Shown: positions 9,471 to 17,222, counted from the stretch's first letter. The stretch: 64,000 nt of DNA from a virus (IMGVR_UViG_3300046739_000039:1-64000); one strand, 5' to 3'. Notes: generated by a model from the sequence alone, not told the origin. Made by a program: numbers and translations.

Positions 9471-9978
9471 AGGTCTCCTTGTTCCACCAGGCGTCCATGA
9501 AGGCGTTGTGGGCCCCCTCAGCCTGTTCTGGTACGCGAGGATTTCCCAGGCGCACGATTTCTGATTTCAGGTCGTTCGTGTACATGGGAAAGCCCGTAGG
9601 AAGATCAATCATTCTTCCATAGAGCTGACAGAGGGCTACATGGTCATAAGCTGAGTAGTAGGCCCATAGTTCTGGATTAGGCGTATCGAGTACGAAGCGC
9701 TTGATGTTATCGGCAATAGTCTTTCTGTCGGTAACAGTTCGCTTGTCATAGTCTTTGTGGAGTTCATCCCAATAAGGAAGTCCGTCTGTACCGACTGTTG
9801 CCGGAAGGGAGGTGAATACGTTCTTTCTCAGCCAGTCATGTTGGTAGACGTCTTTCAGGAGTTCGTAATCCTTGACTACTTGATAGATACCTGTACCGTC
9901 TTCCCGGATCATTCCGATAGAGATAAGACGGATAGTATTGCCGTCTTCAAGGAATTCTGTGTCGTAATAGATTCTCAC
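9436..9978 (-). CDS. 3'-5' exoribonuclease, RNase AS/Rv2179c (DUF5051)-like DEDD family
   Basis: YYDTEFLEDG..I.LISIG, WAYYSAYDHVALCQLYG, HNAFMDA motifs; GTG start overlaps the upstream TGA. Confidence 0.85.
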   Translation of the reverse strand: MRIYYDTEFLEDGNTIRLISIGMIREDGTGIYQVVKDYELLKDVYQHDWLRKNVFTSLPATVGTDGLPYWDELHKDYDKRTVTDRKTIADNIKRFVLDTPNPELWAYYSAYDHVALCQLYGRMIDLPTGFPMYTNDLKSEIVRLGNPRVPEQAEGAHNAFMDAWWNKETYEYLQSLRRAL

Positions 9979-10142
9979 AGTGTCTTCTGCCACTCCTTGA
10001 TGATATCCAGGTCTACACGGATGCAATAAGTGCGCAGAAGTGTCTTGAGAGCTGTGGGAGCCATGTCCCAGAGGTTCTTGGGGACTCCCGCGTGTTTTAT
10101 CAGCAAACCTAGTTCCCTGACGTTATGGACGTTGTTGGTCAT
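9975..10142 (-). CDS. hypothetical protein (55 aa, not in ORF track)
   Basis: MTNNVHNVRELG...; translationally coupled to both neighbours. Confidence 0.6.
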   Translation of the reverse strand: MTNNVHNVRELGLLIKHAGVPKNLWDMAPTALKTLLRTYCIRVDLDIIKEWQKTL

Positions 10143-10339
10143 ACCTTATCCAGATCTCTGTAGTCGTTGCGTTCCTGGAGGATTTCATTGTCCGTTTTAT
10201 TCAGAGTTTCCAGGAACATGGCTTCACTGATTTGTCCGGAGTAAAAGGCACAAGCATCCAGATATCTGGCGGCATTTCCTACGACTCCAGCATTACTGCT
10301 CATAAGGTATTCCGTCAGGTAATCGGCATCCTTCTTCAT
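10139..10339 (-). CDS. hypothetical protein
   Basis: AGGAG RBS; coupled to the next gene. Confidence 0.7.
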   Translation of the reverse strand: MKKDADYLTEYLMSSNAGVVGNAARYLDACAFYSGQISEAMFLETLNKTDNEILQERNDYRDLDKV

Positions 10340-10487
10340 TCTGTCTCCTTATTCAGCTTCTCTACGTCCCTTATTGTCTTTGCCGAACCGAGATACGCGT
10401 TGTTTTTTGCCGAACAGGTCCCAGTCTCCCGAGACCTTGTTCAGTCGTGCGTACCTTCCTCCGTTAAAAGTTACTACGTGTTGGTGC

Positions 10488-11006
10488 TCAGAGCCCATTT
10501 TCCTGTTTCCACTCCTCAATTTCCTCCAAATGGTCGGCTGTGATGCCTGTTTGGGGAGAAATCCAGCGGATTCCGCTTCCTGGAGCACAGTTTTTCTCAA
10601 TCCAGTCCCTGTCAGCTCTTCCGACTGCATCATCGAGCCACAAAAACGGGATTCCTGGGCGATTTTCGTTCATCCAACTGGCTACTCGCTTCGTTTTCCA
10701 GTAAAGACCCTCTTTATTCCAGTGATCCCGGTCAATCCAGTCGATAACTGGGAGCTTGGGAAGGCCGATATGGCAGCCAACCCATTCATCGGCTTCAAAC
10801 TCCCAAGTCGTTGCCCAGATCAGCTCAGCTCCGGTAGCCGTCAGTTCGGCCCCGTGAGAGGGCTTGAGCCACAGTCTGTAGCCCTTTGGCGGGTGTCCGG
10901 TAGCTGGGAACGCTCTGTGGGTTTCAAAGCCCTCAGGGCGCTGTGTAGCCTTTGCAGCGTACGGGTTCAAAGGCCCGTCCACATCAAGTAGTAGTGCGAA
11001 TTTCAT
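10488..11006 (-). CDS. HAD-superfamily phosphatase (HAD_SAK, Swiss-army-knife RNA repair type)
   Basis: LLLDVDGPLNP, ELIWATTW, FLWLDD motifs; GGAGG RBS. Confidence 0.8.
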   Translation of the reverse strand: MKFALLLDVDGPLNPYAAKATQRPEGFETHRAFPATGHPPKGYRLWLKPSHGAELTATGAELIWATTWEFEADEWVGCHIGLPKLPVIDWIDRDHWNKEGLYWKTKRVASWMNENRPGIPFLWLDDAVGRADRDWIEKNCAPGSGIRWISPQTGITADHLEEIEEWKQENGL

Positions 11007-11110
11007 TATTTGCCTCCGTTTTACAGCAGCACCCGAAACCAAAGTTCTTCATGCCGCTATCTGTGTATTCGTATTCCCATTCACATGAAGAACAGCATGG
11101 TCCTTCGTGC

Positions 11111-11524
11111 TCAGAATTTTCCGCCATATTTCAGTCTGTCCTTATTGCACCAGGAGTGCAGTGCAAGTAGCTTGCCATTGTGGAATATCTTTGATACATA
11201 GTCATTCGTCTTGTGGAATTTGGTTATTTCCGTGGAACAGTAGCGGCAATGATAGCCATGAGGAATATGCATTTCACGGCTGAGTTGTTCCTGCCAGTCA
11301 GACGGGTAAACCTGATCTCCTTTCATGTTGTTGCATCGTTTATGCGTCAATTGAATGTTGTCCGGACCATTTCCCCCGCCTTCGGCGCGAGGATGTATAT
11401 GATCCCTGGAAGCATCTGTAAGTTCTACGTACTCACCACATAAGGCACAGATACCGTTGAAGTCAGCGTGTATCCGTGCCAGTGGTTTAGAGTAGTAAGA
11501 ACTTTGGTTCTTACGTCCCATCAT
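11111..11524 (-). CDS. HNH endonuclease
   Basis: CALCG...DHIHPRAEGGGN...NIQLTHKRCNNMK. Confidence 0.9.
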   Translation of the reverse strand: MMGRKNQSSYYSKPLARIHADFNGICALCGEYVELTDASRDHIHPRAEGGGNGPDNIQLTHKRCNNMKGDQVYPSDWQEQLSREMHIPHGYHCRYCSTEITKFHKTNDYVSKIFHNGKLLALHSWCNKDRLKYGGKF

Positions 11525-11777
11525 TTATCTCGTCTCTACTTTTTCTTGACCGCAGCCAAGAATTGTTCGAATGTGTGGTCGTAAAGGTATCTACGCATGG
11601 CAGACCAGCACTTCAGCTCCAGTACATGTTCCTTCTGGTGACCTGGTACCATGCAGGGACCAACTTTACCTATGTCCATCTGTTCAAACTTCATATCCCC
11701 GAACCTTTTTCGTTAGTAGTACCCCCACCAACCCCCTAAGAAGTACTCTACCAGAGCTGGTCTTGTAGTACAAGGAC

Positions 11778-11806
11778 TTGACAAGTACCACGGTGCTCTG
11801 TATAAT
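11778..11806 (+). promoter_or_regulatory. consensus promoter
   Basis: TTGACA-N17-TATAAT. Confidence 0.85.
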
Positions 11807-11892
11807 GTTCTTTATACTTAACTACTTAAGAGATACTATTAGTACTACCTACTTCTAACTTAGATAAGAAGTATATTTCGAATAGGAGAAAT

Positions 11893-12114
11893 ATGGAGAA
11901 GAACAGTACAGCTATGGTTTCTAGAAGTCTAAGACTTCATAAGGATACTTTACGTACTCTAAAGCAACAAGCTGATCTTCAAGGATTAGGAATCACTGTT
12001 TATATTCGTAAGGTTCTTGAATCTCTGGTTGATAATCTAAAGAGCCAGGAAGCTATGACTGAACTGGTTGAGGTAACTGAGGAGCTGGGACTTTATGAAT
12101 CAAGAGTTATATGA
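11893..12114 (+). CDS. putative ribbon-helix-helix DNA-binding protein
   Basis: SLRL....LRTLKQQA...G..ITVYIRKVLE pattern; AGGAG RBS. Confidence 0.65.
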   Translation: MEKNSTAMVSRSLRLHKDTLRTLKQQADLQGLGITVYIRKVLESLVDNLKSQEAMTELVEVTEELGLYESRVI

Positions 12115-12292
12115 TTCGGTCTATTCTTCTCTGACCGGAGTCATAGATGTAAAGTCTGTCTGGGAACAGGAATTCATTGATAAACTTACTCTCCAGGCAG
12201 TTGAAGGCGCTCAAAGATATGTCAATGACCTGGAAGAGTCCGTTGGTCATCTGAAAGAGACCATTCGTAGACTTACTCAGGAGACATCTTGA
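12095..12292 (+). CDS. hypothetical protein
   Basis: overlapping operon ORF. Confidence 0.65.
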   Translation: MNQELYDSVYSSLTGVIDVKSVWEQEFIDKLTLQAVEGAQRYVNDLEESVGHLKETIRRLTQETS

Positions 12293-12510
12293 CAAACTAT
12301 GATGAGCTTGCTAGGTTCTTAGCACTGGCCATTCGCAATCTTGGTGGCTCAATGAAGGTCTCTACAGAACTTCTTGACAAGATGCCACCTACTAGATTAG
12401 TATGGGACTCAACATCGCAGCCTGGATATATCACTCTGGCTACGATCAGCAACGATGTAATCATGCTTGAAGTCCAACCGTCAAGCACTGTTGTAAAGCA
12501 GGAAGATTAG
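12289..12510 (+). CDS. hypothetical protein
   Basis: TTG start overlapping the upstream stop; AGGAG RBS. Confidence 0.65.
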   Translation: MTNYDELARFLALAIRNLGGSMKVSTELLDKMPPTRLVWDSTSQPGYITLATISNDVIMLEVQPSSTVVKQED

Positions 12511-12581
12511 TGTTATACTGATCTAGCCTCCTTTCGAAAAGCTCTAAAGGCAGCAGCGTATAGTACTGCCTTTAGAGTCCT

Positions 12582-12656
12582 CGGGTACGGGGAAGATGGT
12601 AATCCGCCTGTTTTGGGAACAGGATGAACTCGGTTCGATTCCGGGGTACCCGACCA
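12582..12656 (+). tRNA. tRNA-Pro(TGG)
   Basis: cloverleaf, loop TTTGGGA, encoded CCA. Confidence 0.9.
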
Positions 12657-12736
12657 TGAGCTAGCACAACTATGTACACACCCTCAACAATTGATATGAT
12701 TCGGTGCTCAGCATAAGTAATAGCTCATTTCAGTAT

Positions 12737-12808
12737 GGCCCTTTAGCTCAATTGGCAGAGCACTCGGTTGAAGCCCGAGGTATATCGGTTCGAGTCCGGT
12801 GGGGGCCA
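12737..12808 (+). tRNA. tRNA-Phe(GAA)
   Basis: cloverleaf; CTCGG-TTGAAGC-CCGAG. Confidence 0.9.
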
Positions 12809-12880
12809 CTCCCCCGTAAATCATTTCCTGATCCGTAATGGTGTTGGTCTCTTTGATGAGAGACAGGGGGACCGATTTAT

Positions 12881-12952
12881 GGCTAAGTAGCTCACTGGTA
12901 GAGCAGCCGTCTCATACGCGGCCGGTAGTAGGTTCGATTCCTACCTTAGCCA
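12881..12952 (+). tRNA. tRNA-Met(CAT), elongator or Ile2
   Basis: cloverleaf; loop CTCATAC. Confidence 0.9.
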
Positions 12953-12953
12953 C

Positions 12954-13032
12954 TGCGCGGATAGAGAAACGGTGTCTCACCAGCCTCATAAGCTGGCAAG
13001 TAGTGAGGGTTCGACTCCCCCCTGCGCTCCCA
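12954..13032 (+). tRNA. tRNA-Met(CAT), initiator-like, atypical
   Basis: CCAGC-CTCATAA-GCTGG; 1:72 mismatch; T-loop TTCGACT; CCA. Confidence 0.7.
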
Positions 13033-13115
13033 CGTATTATCCCAGCGAGCCTAAAGCTTGCCAAGCCCTATTAAACGTAGTACACTCTAGTTATCGAAAT
13101 TAACTAGGAGGAACT

Positions 13116-13469
13116 GTGGGAGATAGGGCAAACGTTTATATCCACGAAAATGGTCGTCCGGGCGTATACCTGTACACGCACTGGGATGGCACGATGTTAC
13201 CGCGTCTGGTGAAGAATTCTTTACAGACAGATCGTGCACAGAACCGCTTGACGGATACGGCGTATCTGACTAGAATCGTATTTGAGGACATGATTTCGAA
13301 CTCCTTGGGTGAAGAGACTGGTTACGGCGTATCAGCGGAAGTACAGGACGGCGATGACCGTATAGTAGATATCGACACTCATAACTGCATAATAACTTTA
13401 AAGGGTTATTCCTACGACTGGGATAACGTACCGATCGACCCCCTTGCCTATGAGGATGAGATCTGGTAG
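13116..13469 (+). CDS. hypothetical protein
   Basis: AGGAGG RBS; MGDRA...YLYTHWDG motif. Confidence 0.8.
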   Translation: MGDRANVYIHENGRPGVYLYTHWDGTMLPRLVKNSLQTDRAQNRLTDTAYLTRIVFEDMISNSLGEETGYGVSAEVQDGDDRIVDIDTHNCIITLKGYSYDWDNVPIDPLAYEDEIW

Positions 13470-13507
13470 AAATTAAGTCCTGAGCACGACGGATAAACTG
13501 CTCACCT

Positions 13508-13580
13508 TCGGTATTAGTGTTTAACGGCAGCACATCAGTCTTCCAAACTGAGAGAGGGAGTTCGAATCTCCTATACCGGA
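13508..13580 (+). tRNA. tRNA-Gly(TCC)
   Basis: TCAGT-CTTCCAA-ACTGA; cloverleaf. Confidence 0.88.
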
Positions 13581-13594
13581 CTCTGGAGGTAAAT

Positions 13595-13747
13595 ATGCCT
13601 AAACGGGCTATGACAGGTGAAGAAAGCAATAAAGCGGGTAAATGCTACATGCATAGATGCCCGAATAAGGCTATGATAGAAATAACCTTCTTCAGTAAGA
13701 AAGTAGAAGTATGTACACGTCATAAGTACCTTGACGGTACAAAGTAA
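13595..13747 (+). CDS. small Cys/His protein
   Basis: GGAGGT RBS before MPKRAM; C..HRC...CTRH. Confidence 0.7.
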   Translation: MPKRAMTGEESNKAGKCYMHRCPNKAMIEITFFSKKVEVCTRHKYLDGTK

Positions 13748-13752
13748 TTTAT

Positions 13753-13823
13753 TCCCCGATGGTGTAACGGCAGCACAACGGTCTCTGACACCGTTAGACT
13801 TAGTTCGAATCTAGGTCGGGGAG
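13753..13823 (+). tRNA. tRNA-Gln(CTG)
   Basis: cloverleaf; loop CTCTGAC. Confidence 0.9.
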
Positions 13824-13824
13824 C

Positions 13825-14208
13825 TGGACGCCAAAGCTCAGTGCACAAGAGCACGGATAAGCCGGATAGTAGCTCATAGTTTTCTAGATACGTTATGAGT
13901 GATAATAAGGCCGAAACGTGGGATTAAGCCACGCTACGTCCAACCACTTGCTGTGTGGAAAACGAAATAGGTCCGAGGTTCTGTGATCTGGCGCTCGGAT
14001 AGCCTGGAATGATACAAGTGGGGTCGAACCCATTCACCCAAGAGTAAAGGTCATTGAGGGTGAGCACAGCAGCTAAACGCTCGTACAGAATTGGGAAAAG
14101 AACGGATTTGGAAGCCTCGTAATAACCATGGTAAAAGAGGTGGAAGATGAAGGGAAGATACTGAAGAGCGGTGCGCTAGGACTATTATCCTAGTAAGGCA
14201 CCCACGAG
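13825..14208 (+). ncRNA. three consecutive orphan structured RNA candidates
   Basis: closing stems TGGACG/CGTCCA (13825-13942), TGCTGTG/CACAGCA (13949-14071), CTCGT/ACGAG (14080-14208), each with internal hairpins; no credible ORF. Confidence 0.5.
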
Positions 14209-14214
14209 AGACCA

Positions 14215-14285
14215 TGGGGATTCGTCTAACGGCAGGACGCGAGATTTTGGTTCTCGCTATGGAGGTTCGAATCCTTCATCCCCAG
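14215..14285 (+). tRNA. tRNA-Gln(TTG)
   Basis: CGAGA-TTTTGGT-TCTCG. Confidence 0.9.
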
Positions 14286-14392
14286 CGCGCGAGTCCCCCT
14301 AAGGGATACAACACCCTATTGACATTGCACCCTAGGCCGGGGTACGATGGACGGGAAAGCCGACGGTACCTAACGGCACTCGTCTTCCACAT

Positions 14393-14467
14393 GCCTTGTG
14401 GGACTGCTGGTTGTGGTCACAAGCTTGTCACGCTTGAATCAGGCGGGTTCGATTCCCGTACGAGGCG
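14393..14467 (+). tRNA. tRNA-Asp(GTC)
   Basis: CAAGC-TTGTCAC-GCTTG; G73. Confidence 0.85.
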
Positions 14468-14556
14468 CGCCATTGCTAGAGAACACCTCTAGTGAGTTAC
14501 TGCATAACGCGAGGATGGCTCCGTAAAGGTAACTCTTAATTTTCACAAACTTAAAG

Positions 14557-14674
14557 GTCTATAATTCAGCACGAGTGTTATAGACGCCTTGCCGGGCAGG
14601 TAGTAGATCCGGTGATGAGCCTGGACCTAGAGCCCCAGGATAATACCCGATAATCGTGCTGACTTATCGGGTAT
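14557..14674 (+). ncRNA. kissing-loop structured RNA candidate
   Basis: loops TCAGCACGA (14566-14574) and TCGTGCTGA (14654-14662) are exact complements on two perfect hairpins. Confidence 0.6.
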
Positions 14675-14678
14675 CTTT

Positions 14679-14749
14679 GTCCCTATGGTGTAATGGAAAC
14701 ATAACAGACTCTCAATCTGTAGTTCGGGGTTCAATTCCCCGTAGGGACA
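14679..14749 (+). tRNA. tRNA-Glu(CTC)
   Basis: ACAGA-CTCTCAA-TCTGT. Confidence 0.88.
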
Positions 14750-14754
14750 CGTTC

Positions 14755-14886
14755 GGCACCTTCATAGGTTCCAAAGATATGGCCATGCCCCTGTCGGGGG
14801 TTCGAGTGGGTATCGTTAGCGGAAATTGGAATACGCTGCCTATGATAGATCAAAGTAAGTGGGGCTATTTGGTGCCTAGCTCCCAC
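14755..14886 (+). ncRNA. pseudoknotted orphan RNA candidate
   Basis: 5' GGCACC pairs GGTGCC in the loop of GTGGGGCTA/TAGCTCCCAC; also TCATAGG/CCTATGA and TTCCAA/TTGGAA. Confidence 0.5.
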
Positions 14887-14916
14887 ATAAGCCTAGAGGT
14901 AGCTCCTCTAGGTTCT

Positions 14917-14988
14917 GCTCCTGTAGACTATGGGAAGGTCCCCTGGTTTTCACCCAGGACGGCGCGGGTTCGAATCCCGTCAGGAGTA
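14917..14988 (+). tRNA. tRNA-Glu(TTC)
   Basis: CCTGG-TTTTCAC-CCAGG. Confidence 0.88.
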
Positions 14989-14990
14989 CG

Positions 14991-15160
14991 TTGTACGAGA
15001 TGGGCAGTTCCGAAAGGACAGGAGTACTGGCATTCCCTACCCATCCGGGGGATGTCCGTGTAGAGAAGCGGCGAGAGACAGGGAAGGTGCCGCCATGCGG
15101 GAGTACCGCTATACTTTGGCAGGTATAGTAGGCACGAGGGATGAGACCGCACGCCACAAT
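14991..15160 (+). ncRNA. multi-helix orphan RNA candidate
   Basis: GATGGG/CCCATC, TCC-GAAA-GGA, GCGGC/GCCGC, CTATAC/GTATAG, and a TTCCCT/AGGGAA cross-pair. Confidence 0.45.
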
Positions 15161-15170
15161 AAGGAAACAA

Positions 15171-15560
15171 ATGAAGACTTGTACAAAATGTGGAAAAAGT
15201 AAGTTACTAGAGTTATTTGGTAGCACTCCTAAAACCAAAACAGGCAGACATGCTTGGTGTAAGAACTGTCTGAAAGATAGAGCTTGGGAGAGCAAGTTAA
15301 AGAGCCATTATAACTTGACACTTATCGAGTACCGTGCTTTACTAGAGCAACAGAACGGCAGATGTGCCATCTGTGGCCTGGAACCTTTAGAAAGACGCTT
15401 AGCGGTTGACCACGATCATAAATGCTGCTCAGGTGATAAGTCTTGCGGTAAGTGTGTAAGAGGACTACTTTGCATCAATTGCAACCTAGGAATCGGTGCA
15501 GCACAGGACAATATCGTCATCTTAGAGCGCATGATTGAGTATCTACGTGGTAATATGTAA
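15171..15560 (+). CDS. endonuclease VII-like (homing-type) endonuclease
   Basis: KTCTKC...CKNC; QQNGRCAICG...LAVDHDH...VRGLLCINCNLGIG. Confidence 0.9.
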   Translation: MKTCTKCGKSKLLELFGSTPKTKTGRHAWCKNCLKDRAWESKLKSHYNLTLIEYRALLEQQNGRCAICGLEPLERRLAVDHDHKCCSGDKSCGKCVRGLLCINCNLGIGAAQDNIVILERMIEYLRGNM

Positions 15561-15607
15561 TTGCTATAGCGATCACTTAGTGATTTCTTTCTAGAAAGGT
15601 TTAACAA

Positions 15608-15922
15608 ATGGCTTTTACATACGCAGTAGTTAAGGCGGAGAACCTGTCGGTAAACGACCAAGTTCGTGCCATCGTATGTGCTGACGGACACGCATATGTG
15701 TTCCCAGTTCCTACGACTGGTGGTGCCACATTTGCATCCACAGTTAAGAAGATTGTTGCTGCCGACGTTCCACCTGGAACCGACAGCGCAGGTAACCCTG
15801 TTACCAGTTCTTCTGTGCTGTGGACTATTTATCTAAATAACGCTTCTCAGTTTGCTCTGCCTAACCAGGCAACCATTAATGACACTGTAGACTTTGTCGT
15901 TAGAGCTACTGGAACAGCGTAA
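15608..15922 (+). CDS. hypothetical beta-rich protein, possibly virion
   Basis: 104 aa; AAAGGT RBS. Confidence 0.75.
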   Translation: MAFTYAVVKAENLSVNDQVRAIVCADGHAYVFPVPTTGGATFASTVKKIVAADVPPGTDSAGNPVTSSSVLWTIYLNNASQFALPNQATINDTVDFVVRATGTA

Positions 15923-15940
15923 TCTATTTGTAGGAGATAA

Positions 15941-16285
15941 ATGAAGAGTACTATTACATTTGCAGACGTTACTACATCTGACTTCCTGGCGTATATCGCT
16001 GCTGGAAATATTGATGGTAATTCCTCCGCAGCACACACTTTTACTGATCCATATGCGACTATTACAAGTGTAGGACCCTATTCAGATGGTGTGAATTCTT
16101 TTATTAGAATTCACTTTACTGATGAGTGGGGAGCGGATCGTGTTGCCACTAGATTTCCAACGGAAACGCTGATAGTTTCTGATGTATCCACAGATCCGGA
16201 TATACCGACGGTAACGGGTGTAGCAACAGTAATTACATACTCTGACAGTACCACAGCCACTTATGAGGGAACTCTAGTGGAGTAA
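15941..16285 (+). CDS. hypothetical Thr-rich protein, possibly virion
   Basis: 114 aa; AGGAG RBS. Confidence 0.75.
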   Translation: MKSTITFADVTTSDFLAYIAAGNIDGNSSAAHTFTDPYATITSVGPYSDGVNSFIRIHFTDEWGADRVATRFPTETLIVSDVSTDPDIPTVTGVATVITYSDSTTATYEGTLVE

Positions 16286-16287
16286 GC

Positions 16288-16316
16288 TTGACAGCCTGCC
16301 ATTGGGCTAGTACAAT
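16288..16316 (+). promoter_or_regulatory. promoter for tRNA block
   Basis: TTGACA-N17-TACAAT. Confidence 0.8.
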
Positions 16317-16323
16317 GGCACTT

Positions 16324-16395
16324 GCCCCTTTAGCTTAGTAGGAAAAGCGCGGCTCTTGTAAAGCCAAGTGCTCGGTTCGAATCCGGGAAGGGGCT
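16324..16395 (+). tRNA. tRNA-Thr(TGT)
   Basis: loop CTTGTAA; cloverleaf. Confidence 0.85.
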
Positions 16396-16407
16396 CTTTA
16401 CAACTAT

Positions 16408-16479
16408 GCCTCTGAAGTTCATTGGTTGAATTTCCCCTTGGTACGGGGAAGGTACAGGGTTCAATTCCCTGCTGAGGCT
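16408..16479 (+). tRNA. tRNA-Thr(GGT)
   Basis: TCCCC-TTGGTAC-GGGGA. Confidence 0.85.
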
Positions 16480-16483
16480 CTTT

Positions 16484-16557
16484 GCTCGTGTAGCCCAATG
16501 GCAGAGGCCATAGTCTCAAAAACTATGTTAGTGTCGGTTCGAGTCCGACTGCGAGTA
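16484..16557 (+). tRNA. tRNA-Leu(CAA), short variable loop
   Basis: ATAGT-CTCAAAA-ACTAT. Confidence 0.88.
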
Positions 16558-16637
16558 CAATTAACAACTTGGTGAATTTGAGTGCACACACCTAGCCGCG
16601 CCTGCTCGGCCGTCAAAGAGTAGTTGTTAAGAATTAT

Positions 16638-16710
16638 GGTTCTATAGCCCAGCGGCAGAGGCATTCGACTTAAAATCGAAACAGCGTCGGTTCGAATCCG
16701 ACTAGAACTA
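16638..16710 (+). tRNA. tRNA-Leu(TAA), bldA-equivalent anticodon
   Basis: TTCGA-CTTAAAA-TCGAA. Confidence 0.9.
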
Positions 16711-16714
16711 CTTC

Positions 16715-16785
16715 GGCGGTGTAGCATAAGGGAAATGCGCCTATCCTGAACCGATAGGATATCTCAGTGTAAATCTGAGCACCAA
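16715..16785 (+). pseudogene. degenerate tRNA-like element (GAA loop)
   Basis: D arm GCAT/ATGC; 6-bp arm with CTGAACC loop; T arm CTCAG-TGTAAAT-CTGAG; acceptor only 4 bp. Confidence 0.55.
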
Positions 16786-16791
16786 TGACAT

Positions 16792-16870
16792 GCCCGTGTG
16801 GTGGAATGGAAGACACGCTGGTCTTAGGAACCAGTGCTTCGGCGTGCAGGTTCGAATCCTGTCACGGGTA
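16792..16870 (+). tRNA. tRNA-Leu(TAG)
   Basis: CTGGT-CTTAGGA-ACCAG; variable arm GC-TTCG-GC. Confidence 0.92.
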
Positions 16871-16871
16871 C

Positions 16872-16900
16872 TTGACACACAGAGTAGAACGTAGTACGCT
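16872..16900 (+). promoter_or_regulatory. promoter
   Basis: TTGACA-N17-TACGCT. Confidence 0.7.
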
Positions 16901-16932
16901 CCTCTTAACACTTTCTAGGGGAGAAGATACTA

Positions 16933-17148
16933 ATGGAAATTGTTTGGCAGATCGTAGGATACGCAAGCCCAGTGATTCTTATGGGCCTGTTCATCTGGTT
17001 CATGATCCTCAAGCAAGGATGGCGGTTGGCACAGATCGTAGCAGGTGGCATTATGGGCTTGCTTATGGTAGCATCTGTACCGCAGCTTCCAAACGCAGTG
17101 CACAACGGTTTTGAAGGCATTATTACTGCCTTTCAGAACACAAAGTAA
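16933..17148 (+). CDS. small membrane protein
   Basis: two hydrophobic helices; GGGGAG RBS. Confidence 0.75.
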   Translation: MEIVWQIVGYASPVILMGLFIWFMILKQGWRLAQIVAGGIMGLLMVASVPQLPNAVHNGFEGIITAFQNTK

Positions 17149-17164
17149 GAAGCCTTCGGGCTAT

Positions 17165-17204
17165 ATGGTGTTAGTGTAGTGGTAACACGTCAGTCTCCAA
17201 AACT
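17165..17204 (+). pseudogene. 5' fragment of an interrupted tRNA-Trp(CCA)
   Basis: ATGGTGT acceptor, D arm GTGT/ACAC, TCAGT-CTCCAAA-ACT, then the break. Confidence 0.8.
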
Positions 17205-17222
17205 CTGTGCTATACTGGATAC

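Noticed and set aside
13825-13942. Hammerhead ribozyme
   Set aside because: It has CGGATAA and CGAAA around a helix, but lacks the CUGAUGA core and correct GUH spacing and has an extra hairpin.
12838-17114. ORF-track entries overlapping tRNAs (12838, 14214, 14656, 14930, 16785 and others)
   Set aside because: They read through tRNA or structured RNA sequence and lack RBSs.
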